From: Caulobacterales bacterium
GTDB lineage: Bacteria > Pseudomonadota > Alphaproteobacteria > Caulobacterales > Aquidulcibacteraceae
Direction of reading: 5' to 3'
Assembly (NCBI GenBank): GCA_049314555.1
Contig: JBMOEW010000006.1
Location: 23,100-87,099 of the forward strand
Length of the DNA stretch: 64,000 bases
This document shows, piece after piece, positions 1-10,869 of the stretch (position 1 is the first letter of the stretch; each line of letters begins with the position of its first letter). Both the position numbers and the translations under genes were made by a program. The notes beneath the pieces were generated by a model, which saw nothing but the letters and a program-made list of their open reading frames with translations, was not told the origin of the DNA and did not search any database.

Positions 1-628
1 ACGGCGAGCGCAAGAGGGTGATCACGTTCGGATCGGTCATGGCCGCAGCCATGGTCGCCTTGAGGCTGGCCGCCGTGCCGCCTGAAAACGTGCCAGCCAT
101 TTTGCGCACCCGTCCGCGCACCCGTCCACACCCCTGACCGAAACGCGCTTTGGCCTGCTGCTGCAGAAAATACACGCCAAGGTCGAACGGGATGGAATCA
201 AACCCGCACGAAAACACGATCCGCGCCCCAGACGCTTTGGCCGCCCCCTCGTGCGCATCGATCATTTGGCGCATCCATGCGGGCTCACCGCACAGATCCA
301 CATAGTCCGTGCCCGTCTTCGCGCATGCTTCCACAAGCTTGCTGCCATAAAGCTGATAGGGCCCGACCGTGGTGAGCACCACTTTGGCCCGTTGCGCCAT
401 CGCAAGCAGGCTTGCCTCATCATCGCCGTCAGCCGCCACCAGCGCCACAGTCGCCGGCGCACCGACCGCACCGCGCACGGCCGCGAGCTTGTCCAAGTTG
501 CGCCCAGCCAGCGCCCAGCTCACCCCGCTGCCGGCCCCGTATCGGCGCGCCATGACCTCCGCGACCAGCTGGCCCGTATAACCGCTCGCCCCATAGACGA
601 TCACGTCAAATTCGCCAGCCTGTCCCAT
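1..628 (-). CDS. saccharopine dehydrogenase-like NAD(P)-binding protein (partial, runs off window start)
   Basis: Absent from the ORF track because there is no stop in the window. Reverse-strand ATG at 628-626 gives MGQAGEFDVIVYGASGYTGQLVAEVMARRY...TTVGPYQLYGSKLVEACAKTGTDYVDLCGEP. This has the Rossmann GxSGxxG N-terminus and motifs of the saccharopine dehydrogenase / enoyl-reductase-like family. Confidence 0.75.
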   Translation of the reverse strand, partial: MGQAGEFDVIVYGASGYTGQLVAEVMARRYGAGSGVSWALAGRNLDKLAAVRGAVGAPATVALVAADGDDEASLLAMAQRAKVVLTTVGPYQLYGSKLVEACAKTGTDYVDLCGEPAWMRQMIDAHEGAAKASGARIVFSCGFDSIPFDLGVYFLQQQAKARFGQGCGRVRGRVRKMAGTFSGGTAASLKATMAAAMTDPNVITLLRSP

Positions 629-840
629 GTTCGCTCCTACCATCACCACGCCACAACTTACTTAAACGACCTAACCCGCCCTCAGCGATCGTGCCAATCC
701 AGAAATCACCCCCGCTGCGCTGATCCAGCAGACCAGCAGGCCCGTATCAACGCTCGCCTTGCTGAGTAGTGAATCCTGATGTAATTGTTCAGCGCTAATA
801 TGTGCGCGGCCTGGGGACGGTCGCAACAGGGGGAGCTCTC

Positions 841-1917
841 ATGCGATTAGGCAACCAAAACGGGCGATCAGCGGTCCCCGCGATGCTTTTCGCCGCCAGC
901 GTCCTGGCCGCCTGTGGCAGCGCCAGCGCCCCCCCGGCAGCCAGCGTCCGGGCTCCCATCGTCGGGGTCATCGAGGCCGCCCCCACCACCGCACAGGGCA
1001 CCGTCAGCGCCAGCGGGCTAGTGCTTTACAAGCGCGAAACGGCCCTGTCGTTCAATGTGCCAGGCGTGATCGCAAGCATTGCGGTCGATGAGGGCCAAAC
1101 CGTCCGGGCCGGCCAACAGCTGGCAGCCCTTCGCCTCACGGCAGTTCAGGCAGGGGCCACCGAAGCCAGCGCAGCCCTTGAAACCGCCGAACGCAATTTG
1201 ACCCGCCAGCGCACCCTGTTTGAGCGCGGGATCGTCTCCCAGGCCCGCCTGGACGACGCCGAACTGCAAGTGCGCCGTGCCCGCGCCGCAAGCGACGCCG
1301 CCGGCTACAACCGCGAAACCGCGGTTTTGGTGGCCACCGCCAGCGGCGTCATTTTGCGCAGGCAAGCAGAGCCCGCCCAGGTGGTGGGCGCTGGCCAACC
1401 CATCCTGGTGCTGGGCGAAACCGCACAAGGCTTGATCGTGCGCGCCAACGTCACCTCACGCCAGGCCGCACAGATCAGCCGCGGTGCCGCCGCCCAAGTG
1501 CGCCTGGACGGCGACCCAACGGTACGCGTCGGGCGCGTAGAGCAGATCGCCGCCAAAAGCGATAGCGCCACCGGCGTCTATGATGTGGAAATCCGCATCG
1601 ACCGCCCCGCCGGCATGCTCAGCGGCATGGTCGCCAGGGTGGAGATCACCGGGCAAGACCAGTCCACGCAGGCCCCCAGCTTGCGCGTGCCACTTCTGGC
1701 CCTGCTCGATGCGCGCGCCGATCAAGGCGTCGTGTATGTGGTCGATGACCAGTCCATCGCGCGCAGAAGGGCCATCCGCACCGGCGGCGTGATCGATGAT
1801 GAAGTCATTGTGCTGGAAGGATTGCAGCCGGGCGAGCGCGTGATCGCCACTGGTGCCGCCTTTGTGCGCGATGGTGAGCCTGTCAGCCTCGCCCCAGCCG
1901 CGACGGCCACCCCATGA
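841..1917 (+). CDS. efflux RND transporter periplasmic adaptor (membrane fusion protein), lipoprotein
   Basis: HlyD/MFP-like coiled-coil and barrel sequence. Lipobox LAAC follows the signal peptide. ATG 841 is preceded by GGGGGAG (ORF track start 802 is less likely). The stop overlaps the RND pump start (ATGA). Confidence 0.85.
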   Translation: MRLGNQNGRSAVPAMLFAASVLAACGSASAPPAASVRAPIVGVIEAAPTTAQGTVSASGLVLYKRETALSFNVPGVIASIAVDEGQTVRAGQQLAALRLTAVQAGATEASAALETAERNLTRQRTLFERGIVSQARLDDAELQVRRARAASDAAGYNRETAVLVATASGVILRRQAEPAQVVGAGQPILVLGETAQGLIVRANVTSRQAAQISRGAAAQVRLDGDPTVRVGRVEQIAAKSDSATGVYDVEIRIDRPAGMLSGMVARVEITGQDQSTQAPSLRVPLLALLDARADQGVVYVVDDQSIARRRAIRTGGVIDDEVIVLEGLQPGERVIATGAAFVRDGEPVSLAPAATATP

Positions 1918-4900
1918 GCGCCATCACCTCGTTCTTCGTCGAACGCTGGCAGGTCACGCTGGTCGCGTTCACGCTTTTGGTGGCCCTTGGGGTCAACGCC
2001 GTGATCGGTATTCCGAAATCGGAAGATCCCATCGCACGGTTTCCGATCACGCTTGTGTCAGTCGTTTTGCCGGGTGCTGACGCGTCCGAGATGGAACAAC
2101 TCGTGGCGATCCCCATTGAGGAAGCGATCAACAGGATCGAAGACGTCGCCGAAATCGAGTCCAACATTTCGGCTGGCTTTGTTTCCGTGCGCGCAGAATT
2201 CGTCTGGGGCGTTGATCCAGACCGCAAGTTTGATGAGGTCGTGCGCGAAGTAAATCGCATTCGCCCAGACCTTCCCACCGGCGTGCGCGATGTGCGCCTG
2301 GACCGCGCATCCACCGCCAACGCCAACGTCGTACAAATGGCGCTGGTCAGCCAAAACGCATCGATGCGCCAGATGCTCGCCTATGCCGAAGCGCTGGAAG
2401 ATCTGATTGAACGCCAACAAGGCGTGCAACAGGCAGAGATTTGGGGCGCGCCTCCTCCAGAGGTGCGCGTCACCCTCAACCTCGACCGCATGGCCCAATA
2501 CCGCGTGCCGGCAAACCTTGTGGTGCAGGCCCTGCAGGCCGAAGGTATCTCCAGCCCCATCGGCGCAGTAGAAGCCGGCGGCAGGCGCTTCACCGTCGCC
2601 GCCACCGGGGCCTACGACAGCCTGGAAGAGATCGCCGCCGTCCCCTTGCGCAGCACCGATGGCCGCACCCTCACCGTGGGCGATGTGGCAGCCGTGGCCT
2701 GGGCCGACGACGAACAACGCCACATGACCCGCTTCAACGGCGAGCGCGCGATATTCGTCACCGCCCGCGCTGGCATCGGCGAAAATGTGTTCACCGTCAC
2801 CAACGCGATCCACACCGCTGTGGATGCCTTTGAACAACAGCTGCCCGAAGGCGTGCGGCTGGAGCGCGGCTTTGACCAATCAAAAACCGTCTCCGACCGC
2901 CTGTTAAAGCTCGGCCGCGACTTCCTGATCGCGATTTTTCTGGTGCTGCTGACGCTTTTACCGCTGGGTTTCCGCGCCTCGATTGTGGTGATGGTGTCGA
3001 TCCCATTGTCTCTGGCGATGGGCGTTACTGCGCTGTCGATCCTGGGCTATTCGATGAACCAGCTGTCGATCGCCGGCTTCATCATCGCCCTTGGCTTGCT
3101 GGTAGACGACAGCATCGTGGTCACCGAAAACATTGCCCGCCGCTTGCGCGAAGGTCTCACGCCGCGCCAGGCAGCGGTTGCCGGTGTTGAAGAAATCAAC
3201 GTGGCCGTGATCGGCTGCACGGCCACGCTCTTGCTGGCCTTTCTGCCATTGCTGGCGCTTCCTGAAGGCTCCGGCCAATTCATCCGGTCCCTGCCAATGG
3301 CAGTGATCATGACGATCATCGCCTCGCTGATCGTGTCCTTGACGGTGATCCCATTTTTGGCGGCCCACCTCCTGCCAAAGTCCCATCAGGGCCATTCCAA
3401 TCCCCTGCTCGATGGGGTGATGGGCGTGATCCACAACGTCTACCGACCGGTGCTGCATTGGGCTTTGGCACGCCCGATCTACACCGTGGTTGCGGGCCTT
3501 GCCTGCTTTGCCCTGTCCTTGACGTTGATCCCACGGCTGGGCTTTAGCCTGTTTCCAGAAAACGACAGCCCCTATTTCATGGTGGATATTGAGCTGCCAG
3601 AGGGCGCAGCGATCAGCGAAACGGATAAGGCGGTGCGCTTTGCTGAAGGCGTGCTTGCCCAGCATGAAGAGGTCGTGTGGCGCATGGCCAACGTCGGGCG
3701 CGGCAACCCTTTCGTTTATTATAACGACAGCCCAGCCCCGCAACAGTCCAACATCGGATCATTGTACGTCAGCCTGAAAAAGTATGAGGCCGAAGACACG
3801 CGCGCCCTGCTGCAAGAGATCCGCGCCCAGCTGAACACCTATCCCGGCGCACAGATCAGTGTGCGTCGCTTTGAAAACGGCCCCCCGATCGATGCCCCGA
3901 TCGCGGTTCGCATCCAAGGCCCTGACATCGCAGCGCTCGAAGCTCTGGCCGCCGACGCCGAACGCATCATCACCACAACGCCCGGCACCCGCGACGTCCG
4001 CAACCCGCTCTCTGCCCGCCTCATCGAGTTGGACTTGAACGTCGATGCCAACAAGGCAGCGCTGCTAGGCGTTCCTGCCGGCGGTGTTGACGACGCGGTA
4101 CGGATCGCCCTGGGCGGTGCTACAGTGGCAGCCTTCCGCGATCCCAAGGGCGATTCCTACCCCGTCGTCGTCCGCAGCCCCCGCGACGGAGATAGCGCCC
4201 CCGCCCTGGCCTCGATTGACGGGCTTTATGTTTGGACATCCACCGGCGGCGCGGTTCCCCTGGCCGAAATCGCAAGCCCCAGCTTCACCTCCGCCGCCGC
4301 CCGCATCGACCGCTACCAACGCGAACGCAGCGTTACCATCACAGCCTTTGCCGCCGACGGGTTCTTGACCTCCGATGTCACCGCAGACGCGGCCTCTCGC
4401 CTGCAAGACCTTCGCCTTCCCCCCGGTTACACGATTGAGCTGGGCGGCCAGGCGGCGGCCAGTGCGGAAAGTTTCTCCGGGCTTGGCACTGCGATCTTGG
4501 TGGCAATCTTTGGCGTGATGGTGGTGCTGCTGTTGGAGTTCCGCACCTTCGCTGTCACCGCGGTGGTGGCTTTCGTCATACCGTTTGGTATCATGGGTGG
4601 CTTGATCGCCCTGTGGATCACCGGCAACTCGCTGTCGTTCACCGCCGTGATTGGCTTTGTCGCTTTGATCGGTATAGAGATCAAAAACTCGATCTTGTTG
4701 GTGGAGTTTGCAACCCAGGAGCGCGCCCGCGGCACACCTCTGCGCGAGGCCATCGAAAAGGCCGGCGAAGTGCGCTTCCTGCCGGTGTTGCTCACCTCAG
4801 TCACAGCGATCGGCGGGCTCACCCCGCTGGTGTTGGAGAATTCGCCTCTGTTTACCCCGCTGGCGATCGTCATCATCGGCGGCTTGGTCAGCTCAACCTT

Positions 4901-5003
4901 GGTGGCGCGGATTGTCACCCCGGCGATGTATCTACTGCTCGCACCAAACGACGATCAGTACGCGGCGCAACTGGCGCGTGACGGGACTAAATCCGCGCAC
5001 TGA
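1914..5003 (+). CDS. efflux RND transporter permease (AcrB/AcrD/AcrF family)
   Basis: 1029 aa with the 12-TM architecture and two large periplasmic loops. Typical motifs include SIAGFIIALGLLVDDSIVVTENI and AVIGFVALIGIEIKNSILLVEF. Confidence 0.93.
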   Translation: MSAITSFFVERWQVTLVAFTLLVALGVNAVIGIPKSEDPIARFPITLVSVVLPGADASEMEQLVAIPIEEAINRIEDVAEIESNISAGFVSVRAEFVWGVDPDRKFDEVVREVNRIRPDLPTGVRDVRLDRASTANANVVQMALVSQNASMRQMLAYAEALEDLIERQQGVQQAEIWGAPPPEVRVTLNLDRMAQYRVPANLVVQALQAEGISSPIGAVEAGGRRFTVAATGAYDSLEEIAAVPLRSTDGRTLTVGDVAAVAWADDEQRHMTRFNGERAIFVTARAGIGENVFTVTNAIHTAVDAFEQQLPEGVRLERGFDQSKTVSDRLLKLGRDFLIAIFLVLLTLLPLGFRASIVVMVSIPLSLAMGVTALSILGYSMNQLSIAGFIIALGLLVDDSIVVTENIARRLREGLTPRQAAVAGVEEINVAVIGCTATLLLAFLPLLALPEGSGQFIRSLPMAVIMTIIASLIVSLTVIPFLAAHLLPKSHQGHSNPLLDGVMGVIHNVYRPVLHWALARPIYTVVAGLACFALSLTLIPRLGFSLFPENDSPYFMVDIELPEGAAISETDKAVRFAEGVLAQHEEVVWRMANVGRGNPFVYYNDSPAPQQSNIGSLYVSLKKYEAEDTRALLQEIRAQLNTYPGAQISVRRFENGPPIDAPIAVRIQGPDIAALEALAADAERIITTTPGTRDVRNPLSARLIELDLNVDANKAALLGVPAGGVDDAVRIALGGATVAAFRDPKGDSYPVVVRSPRDGDSAPALASIDGLYVWTSTGGAVPLAEIASPSFTSAAARIDRYQRERSVTITAFAADGFLTSDVTADAASRLQDLRLPPGYTIELGGQAAASAESFSGLGTAILVAIFGVMVVLLLEFRTFAVTAVVAFVIPFGIMGGLIALWITGNSLSFTAVIGFVALIGIEIKNSILLVEFATQERARGTPLREAIEKAGEVRFLPVLLTSVTAIGGLTPLVLENSPLFTPLAIVIIGGLVSSTLVARIVTPAMYLLLAPNDDQYAAQLARDGTKSAH

Positions 5004-6059
5004 TCACACCCGGCGGAACACCAGCACTTTCGTCAAAAACGCAAGCTCTGTTGCTTCATGGCGCAAGCCCACGCTGTCAAACATGCCGATCAGGTCTTCT
5101 TTCAAATAAGACCCGTAATACGGCTCATGAAAGCCATGCGGGAAGTATTCCAGCATCTGGTCCAGGTCTGGCGCGTCGCCCATCTGCAGGCTGTCTGCAA
5201 ACACCAGTACCCCGCCAGGCGGCATAACCCGCGCGATTTCCTGCGCCACCAGCGGGCGCACCCGCGGCGGCAGTTCGTGGAACAGATAGATGCAGGAGGC
5301 AGACTGAAACCGTCCGTCTTCAAACGGCAATTGCTCGCCAGCCCCAGACACAAGCTCCACATGCGGCCACGCAGCCAGCCGTGCCTTGGCCTTGGCCAGA
5401 TACGCCGGTGACAGATCAATCCCCACCGCCGGCAAACGCGGCAACGCGCTGAGCGTTTGCTCCAAAAACCGCCCGTTGCCGCACGCCATATCAAGGTGCT
5501 TCACCCGCCGTTGGTCTGCCCCTCGCAGGGCCTTCACCAAGGCACCGAGCACAATCCGTCGCATCGCGTCTGCAGCGCCCCCAAACAACACCTCGACCTG
5601 GGTATCGTACAGCTCTGCGCTTTCCTCGCTCAGCCATCCTCCAGACTGATAGTGGAAGTTCTGAAGGTAGTAGGTGGGATAGCGCCCGCGCTCCGCCATC
5701 GTGCGCACCTCGACGCCATTCTTTGCAACCCGGCGCTGATCCACCTTCGGCAAATCTCGAAAAAAGCGCGCGCTGTGCATCAAGCCGGCGGCGGTCTGTT
5801 GCAGGCCAAAGTCGTCCGGAGCCGGATAAAGCCCCGCCTCGATGTTGGCACGATCCTTGGCAAACAGCCCCAAAAACGCGGCCCTTATGCGCTTTTCGTC
5901 CCCCGGCTGGCTTTGCGGCCGAAACTTCGGTTCGCCCGGTCGGTCAAACGGCTGCGACAACCGGCGCGCAGCCAGATAGTGCCCAAGATACCAGGCAACC
6001 CGCGTTCCCTGCGCCGCCACATACCGCGCCCGCCCGATCCGATCAGCAAAGCTTGCCAT
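5004..6059 (-). CDS. class I SAM-dependent methyltransferase
   Basis: Motif I is LDMACGNGRFL, and a LFHELPP motif is present. ATG 6059 is preceded by GGGGGAG, so it is preferred over ORF-track start 6080. Confidence 0.8.
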   Translation of the reverse strand: MASFADRIGRARYVAAQGTRVAWYLGHYLAARRLSQPFDRPGEPKFRPQSQPGDEKRIRAAFLGLFAKDRANIEAGLYPAPDDFGLQQTAAGLMHSARFFRDLPKVDQRRVAKNGVEVRTMAERGRYPTYYLQNFHYQSGGWLSEESAELYDTQVEVLFGGAADAMRRIVLGALVKALRGADQRRVKHLDMACGNGRFLEQTLSALPRLPAVGIDLSPAYLAKAKARLAAWPHVELVSGAGEQLPFEDGRFQSASCIYLFHELPPRVRPLVAQEIARVMPPGGVLVFADSLQMGDAPDLDQMLEYFPHGFHEPYYGSYLKEDLIGMFDSVGLRHEATELAFLTKVLVFRRV

Positions 6060-6126
6060 CAAACTCCCCCTTTTGGGCATGCTGCAATGAGCATGTAAAA
6101 AGGAGGTGCCCCGCTTCGCACGGAAT

Positions 6127-6576
6127 TCAAGCCTCCCATTGTGTGATCCGCCGGATCAAATGGCGGGTTTTCACGGTGGTTTCACTTTGCACTTTGCCCC
6201 GCACCGAAACATTGGCTTCGTGCACCGTTTCACTGGAGCCAGAGATCAGCGGGTGCCATGCAAACAGCTCGCGCCCCTCATTCACCAGCCGGTAGGCGCA
6301 CGAGCGCGGCAACCAACCAAGCTCCGGCACGTTTTCCGGCGTCAGCTTCACGCAATCCGGCACGTGGCTCTTGCGGTTGGGATAATCCTTGCAGCGGCAG
6401 GTTGCGCCATCAAACATCTTGCAGGCCACGTCGGTGAGATAGATTTCCCCCGTGTCCTCGTCCTCAAGCCCAATCAGGCAGCACTTCCCGCACCCATCGC
6501 ACAGGCTTTCCCATTCCTGGTCTGTCATTTCGCCAAGGGTCTTGGCTTTCCAGAACGGCACCTCCGGCGCACTCAT
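6127..6576 (-). CDS. YcgN family cysteine-cluster protein (UPF0260)
   Basis: [34 protein letters not shown]...CRCKDYPNR is the characteristic YcgN cysteine pattern. Confidence 0.88.
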   Translation of the reverse strand: MSAPEVPFWKAKTLGEMTDQEWESLCDGCGKCCLIGLEDEDTGEIYLTDVACKMFDGATCRCKDYPNRKSHVPDCVKLTPENVPELGWLPRSCAYRLVNEGRELFAWHPLISGSSETVHEANVSVRGKVQSETTVKTRHLIRRITQWEA

Positions 6577-7886
6577 CGCTCAAACGCCCCCACCACTTCA
6601 ACGTGCGCAGACCAGTGGAATTGATCCACCGGGCTCACGCGGCTCAAAGTGAACCCGGCATCCACAAGCACCCGCGCATCACGCGCAAACGTTGCCGGAT
6701 CACACGAAACTGCCGCAACCCGGCTGGCCCCGCTGGCGGCGATTTGCTCGGCCTGGAGGCGCGCCCCACAGCGTGGCGGATCAAACACCACCGCATCGAT
6801 CTTCTTCATTTCCAACCCGGAAACCGGCTGGCGCAACAGGTCCCGCCGTGTGGTGGTGATCGTTTTGATCGCCCCGCCAGCGCCGTCGCCGCCGGCCTTC
6901 AACGCGGCCAACATCGCCGCTTCGCCGTCCACCGCCCAAACTTCGGCGGTTTGCGCAAGCCGCAGCGCAAACGTGCCAACCCCACAAAACAAATCAGCCA
7001 CCCGCTTGGGCCCTTCCCCAATGGCCGCAAGCGTAAGCGCCACCAGGGTTTCTTCCCCCAGCACGGTCGGTTGCGTGAAACACCCCGGCGGTGGACGCAC
7101 CCGCGCGAGCCCCATGCTCAACATCGGCGTGCGCCGCTCCACCAGCACCTCCCCCGCAATCGACAGGCGCGCCACATCCGCCACTTCCGCAGCCTGCGCC
7201 GCCGCCACAAAGCCAGAGCGGTCAAACGCCTCCGCCCCGCCCGCGCCCTTGATATCCACATCAAGCCCGGTTTCGGTTTCCAGCACCTGCAAAATGGCTT
7301 CACCCCGTTGCGGCGCATAGCCAAGCGCTAGCGTTTTTAAAGCCCCAAGCTTTGCCGCCAATCCGGGCGTCATGGCCGGACACATCGAAATCGGTGAAAT
7401 CCGCGCGGTGCCGCGCTCCACAAAGCCAAACCGCACATCGCGACCATCGCGCGCAACATGCAGCCCGATCCGCCGCCGCCCCGCCCCCCAGGCCGCAATC
7501 GTTTCGTCCACTTGGGCCTCCAGACCACGCTTGGCCAAAGCGGCCACCACTTGCTGGCGCTTCCAAGACAGCGTTGCTTGATCGTCCCAGTGCTGCAGCT
7601 GGCAGCCCCCACAAACCCCGAAATGCGAACAGGGCGCACCAACCCGCTCCTGGCTGGCGCGCTCGATGGACAATAACCGCCCGCGCTCGCCAATTACCGC
7701 CGCCCGCACGGTTTCACCTGGAAGCCCGTAGGCCACATAGATTGGCCCGCTTTCGCCCGCGGCCACCGCATCGCCGCGCGTGCCCATTTCGACAAGCTCC
7801 AGCGTTTGCTCCTGCGCGGCAGGCGGAGCAGAACCGGCTCGCGCCATCGCTGGCTTGCCCCTGGCATATCGTTGTGCACGCTTCAT
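6573..7886 (-). CDS. class I SAM-dependent RNA methyltransferase (RumA/TrmA-like uracil-5-methyltransferase family)
   Basis: TRAM-like N-terminus, Cys cluster [14 protein letters not shown], motif [11 protein letters not shown], and C-terminal FDPPRCG...[11 protein letters not shown]. Confidence 0.85.
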   Translation of the reverse strand: MKRAQRYARGKPAMARAGSAPPAAQEQTLELVEMGTRGDAVAAGESGPIYVAYGLPGETVRAAVIGERGRLLSIERASQERVGAPCSHFGVCGGCQLQHWDDQATLSWKRQQVVAALAKRGLEAQVDETIAAWGAGRRRIGLHVARDGRDVRFGFVERGTARISPISMCPAMTPGLAAKLGALKTLALGYAPQRGEAILQVLETETGLDVDIKGAGGAEAFDRSGFVAAAQAAEVADVARLSIAGEVLVERRTPMLSMGLARVRPPPGCFTQPTVLGEETLVALTLAAIGEGPKRVADLFCGVGTFALRLAQTAEVWAVDGEAAMLAALKAGGDGAGGAIKTITTTRRDLLRQPVSGLEMKKIDAVVFDPPRCGARLQAEQIAASGASRVAAVSCDPATFARDARVLVDAGFTLSRVSPVDQFHWSAHVEVVGAFER

Positions 7887-7966
7887 CGAAATCGCTTCAT
7901 GTGGGATTCAGCTAGACCCTGATTGTATGGCGGTACGCAAAGACGCAACGCCAGAAGGAGGCACCC

Positions 7967-8488
7967 ATGCGCGCCACTGCTCTTATTGTCGCCGGCCTGA
8001 CCACACTTGTCATGGCCCTGGGTGCAGCAGCACCGGCTCAAGCCCAAGCCTATGGCGTTGATCCGCACTGCGCGCAACAACGCCAAAACCGGATGGTTGC
8101 CGGTGCCCTGATTGGCGGCGTCGCCGGTGCCGTTCTTGGCAACAACGTCGCTGCCCGCAACGCCCAAACTGAGGGCACCGTGCTTGGTGGCGCGGTTGGG
8201 GCAGCTGCTGGCGCAGCGATCGGACGCCAATCCGCCCGCTGCGACAACAACGCCTACAGCCAATACCAGCAACGCGCCCCAGACCCCTACTACAATCCGT
8301 CGGGCCTTTACGGCGCGCCCCCACAAAATGGCTACTATGGCACCAGCAATGCCGGCGGCTATGGCTACGGTTCCCCCCAACAAGAATGCCGCTGGGGCGA
8401 GCAGCGCATCCGTGATCGCAATGGACGCTGGCAATCCCAGGACGTCTACCTCTGCCAAGGCCCCGATGGCGTCTGGCGTGCCCAGTAA
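7967..8488 (+). CDS. secreted glycine-zipper (Rick_17kDa_Anti-like) protein
   Basis: Signal peptide ending AQA. The glycine zipper is GALIGGVAGAVLGN...GGAVGAAAGAAIG. A Q/Y/P/G-rich region follows, then a Cys-containing C-terminus. AGGAGG sits upstream. Confidence 0.7.
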   Translation: MRATALIVAGLTTLVMALGAAAPAQAQAYGVDPHCAQQRQNRMVAGALIGGVAGAVLGNNVAARNAQTEGTVLGGAVGAAAGAAIGRQSARCDNNAYSQYQQRAPDPYYNPSGLYGAPPQNGYYGTSNAGGYGYGSPQQECRWGEQRIRDRNGRWQSQDVYLCQGPDGVWRAQ

Positions 8489-8497
8489 CCAATAGGC

Positions 8498-9229
8498 TTA
8501 ACCCTCCCGGCGGGCGTGTAGGAGAAATTCCAAAGCGCCCGCCCCTCCCCGGATCGGGCTTTCGATCAGCCCGCGCACGGTGAACCGTTCCACCCCTTCA
8601 AGACCACTAGCGGCCTGCGCAGCGATCGCGCGGGCCGCATCGTCTTGAGGCACCCCGGTCGAGCCCCGCCGCTCCGGTCCGCTTTCAAACTGCGGTTTGA
8701 CAAGAGCCACAAGATCGCATGCCTGGGCCACGAGCCCCAAAGCCGCTGGCAGCGCTTTGGCCAACCCGATGAAGCTGACATCGGCAACAAGCAAACTGAC
8801 GCCCTCTGGCACCTGCGCCCGCGTCAAAGCGCGCGCATCAAGCCCTTCGTAGCTGGTCACGCCAGGATCTGCCCGCACCTGCGGGTCAAGCTGATCACGC
8901 CCCACATCCACCGTGATCACATGCGCAGCACCCTGCGCCCGCAACACCTGCGTGAAACCGCCGGTGGAAGCCCCAACGTCCAGGCAAACCCGGCCTGCCG
9001 GATCCACCTGAAAAACCTGCAGCCCATGCGCAAGCTTCACGCCCCCCCGCGACACCCAAGGGTGCGGCGATTGCGCACTGATCGCGGCGGTCAGCGCCAC
9101 CAGCGCACCCGGCTTTTCGATCACCTCTCCGTCCACAATCACCAACCCGGCGTTGATCGCCTCCTGGGCCTTCGCGCGTGACGAAAACAGCCTCCGCTGC
9201 ACCAACACCTGATCGATCCTGCCCCGCAT
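8498..9229 (-). CDS. tlyA: TlyA family rRNA (cytidine-2'-O)-methyltransferase
   Basis: S4-like N-terminus MRGRIDQVLVQRRLFSSRAKAQEAINAGLV, followed by an FtsJ-type methyltransferase motif LDVGASTGGFTQVL. Confidence 0.9.
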   Translation of the reverse strand: MRGRIDQVLVQRRLFSSRAKAQEAINAGLVIVDGEVIEKPGALVALTAAISAQSPHPWVSRGGVKLAHGLQVFQVDPAGRVCLDVGASTGGFTQVLRAQGAAHVITVDVGRDQLDPQVRADPGVTSYEGLDARALTRAQVPEGVSLLVADVSFIGLAKALPAALGLVAQACDLVALVKPQFESGPERRGSTGVPQDDAARAIAAQAASGLEGVERFTVRGLIESPIRGGAGALEFLLHARREG

Positions 9230-9305
9230 TGAACAATCGCCCTTGCCGTATGCCCTACCTTACGCAAGGGTTTAGGCGAACCACCACCCCAGCGGGAGAG
9301 CCTTG

Positions 9306-10808
9306 ATGAACCAGACCCTGTCGCGTCGTTCGCTGCTGAGTGCAGCTGCCGTCACCAGCGTTGCCGCTTGCGCCAGCACGCCCGCACCTTCCCCGGCGTC
9401 TGGCCCCTCAGACGTGATGGGTGAATTGGACGGTGTTGGCATAGCGGCCCTGATCCGTTCGCGCGACATCACGGCAAGGGAGGCGGTGGAGGCAGCCATC
9501 GCCCGCGCTGAACGCATGGAACCGCGGGTCAATGCCATTGCCACCGCCTGTTTTGAACGCGCCCTCGAAACCGCAGGCACCCCGCAAACCGGGCCGTTTG
9601 CCGGCGTTCCCACGTTGGTCAAGGATTTGACGGCCCTGGCTGGCGTAAAGCTGATGTTTGGCTGTCGCGCCTATGCTGAAAACGTCGCCCAAGACACAGC
9701 CCCCTATGTGCGGGCGATGCTGGCTGCCGGCCTCACCCCAATCGGCAAATCCACCACCCCCGAGTTTGGCCTCACCGCCACCACAGAACCCCTGCTCACA
9801 GGCACCACCCGCAACCCCTGGAATGTCGACCACTCCTCCGGCGGCTCGTCTGGCGGCGCGGCTGCGGCCGTTGCCTGCGGCATTGTGCCCGTGGCCCACG
9901 CTTCCGACGGCGGCGGCTCGATCCGCATCCCGGCTTCTTGCTGTGGCCTTGTGGGTCTCAAACCGTCCCGCGGCCGGACCGCCGCCGGCATCAATCGCGA
10001 AATCCCGATCGACCTGAGCGTACATGGCGTTGTCAGCCGGTCCGTGCGCGACACCGCCGCCTGGTTTGCCGCCACCGAAGCCACCGGCACCGGCGCGCCC
10101 TTAACCCCCATTGGATTGGTCACAGGCCCCAGCCAAAGACGCCTGCGCATCGGCCTTGGCATCACCGACGCATCAGGCAACCAACCAACGCCAGAAGTCG
10201 CAGCCGCGATCACGGCCATCGCCGCCCAGTGCGAAGCGCTCGGCCACCGCGTCACAGAGCTTTCACCGATGTTGGACGGCGAAGCCTTCAAAAACGCGTT
10301 CATCCTCTATTGGGCCTCCGGCGCGGCACAAAGCATCGGCCAGATCCAAGCGCAAAGACCGGGCGTGCCCCTCGACACCCTGGTCGAGCCCCTGACCCAA
10401 CAATTGGCGGCCCTCTGGCAGCGCCAGCCCGCAGGCACCCTTGCGCGCATCGTGGCAACGATGCGGGCAGCGGAATCGTCCTATGCCGCCGCCTTTAGCA
10501 CCATCGACGTGATGCTAACCCCGGTAGTCACTCGCCCCGCCCCGCGCATCGGCGAACTGGCCCCCACTTTGCCCTTCGAGCAAGGCTTTGCCGAAGTCAC
10601 TGAACGCTATGTCACCTACACGCCCATCGAAAACGTCACTGGCGCACCCGCCATCTCCCTGCCGTTGGCGATGAGCAGCGACGGTCTGCCCATCGGCGCC
10701 CACTTCACCGCTGGGCTGGGCAATGAACGCACGCTGCTGGAACTGGCCTATGAGCTTGAACTTGCAATGCCCTGGTCGGCCAGAAAACCACCGCTCTGGA
10801 TTAGCTAA
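9306..10808 (+). CDS. amidase (amidase-signature family), exported/lipoprotein-like
   Basis: Tat-like leader RRSLLSAAAVTSVAAC. The AS signature is GGSSGGAAAAVACG...ASDGGGSIRIPAS. ATG 9306 was chosen over the TTG at 9303. Confidence 0.88.
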   Translation: MNQTLSRRSLLSAAAVTSVAACASTPAPSPASGPSDVMGELDGVGIAALIRSRDITAREAVEAAIARAERMEPRVNAIATACFERALETAGTPQTGPFAGVPTLVKDLTALAGVKLMFGCRAYAENVAQDTAPYVRAMLAAGLTPIGKSTTPEFGLTATTEPLLTGTTRNPWNVDHSSGGSSGGAAAAVACGIVPVAHASDGGGSIRIPASCCGLVGLKPSRGRTAAGINREIPIDLSVHGVVSRSVRDTAAWFAATEATGTGAPLTPIGLVTGPSQRRLRIGLGITDASGNQPTPEVAAAITAIAAQCEALGHRVTELSPMLDGEAFKNAFILYWASGAAQSIGQIQAQRPGVPLDTLVEPLTQQLAALWQRQPAGTLARIVATMRAAESSYAAAFSTIDVMLTPVVTRPAPRIGELAPTLPFEQGFAEVTERYVTYTPIENVTGAPAISLPLAMSSDGLPIGAHFTAGLGNERTLLELAYELELAMPWSARKPPLWIS

Positions 10809-10869
10809 CCTGCGCACGCGGCCGAGGGTCGCGCTTGCGAGGGACGCCACGCCCAGCTAGGCCAGAGCG

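Noticed and set aside
629-840. Divergent spacer upstream of the RND efflux pair, checked for a guanidine (ykkC/mini-ykkC) riboswitch because of a GGGGACGG motif
   Set aside because: There are no paired ACGR-loop hairpins and no ykkC core sequences. The motif is isolated and overlaps the SD region.
5001-5006. Convergent RND pump and methyltransferase genes abut with zero spacing (TGA|TCA forms the palindrome TGATCA)
   Set aside because: This is a curious feature but is explained by compact convergent gene ends. There is no additional structure or repeat around it.
7067-7082. parS-like sequence tcggttgCGTGAAACA
   Set aside because: Only the right half matches TGTTTCACGTGAAACA (11/16 overall). 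It lies inside the RNA methyltransferase coding region, far from the ParA-like gene.
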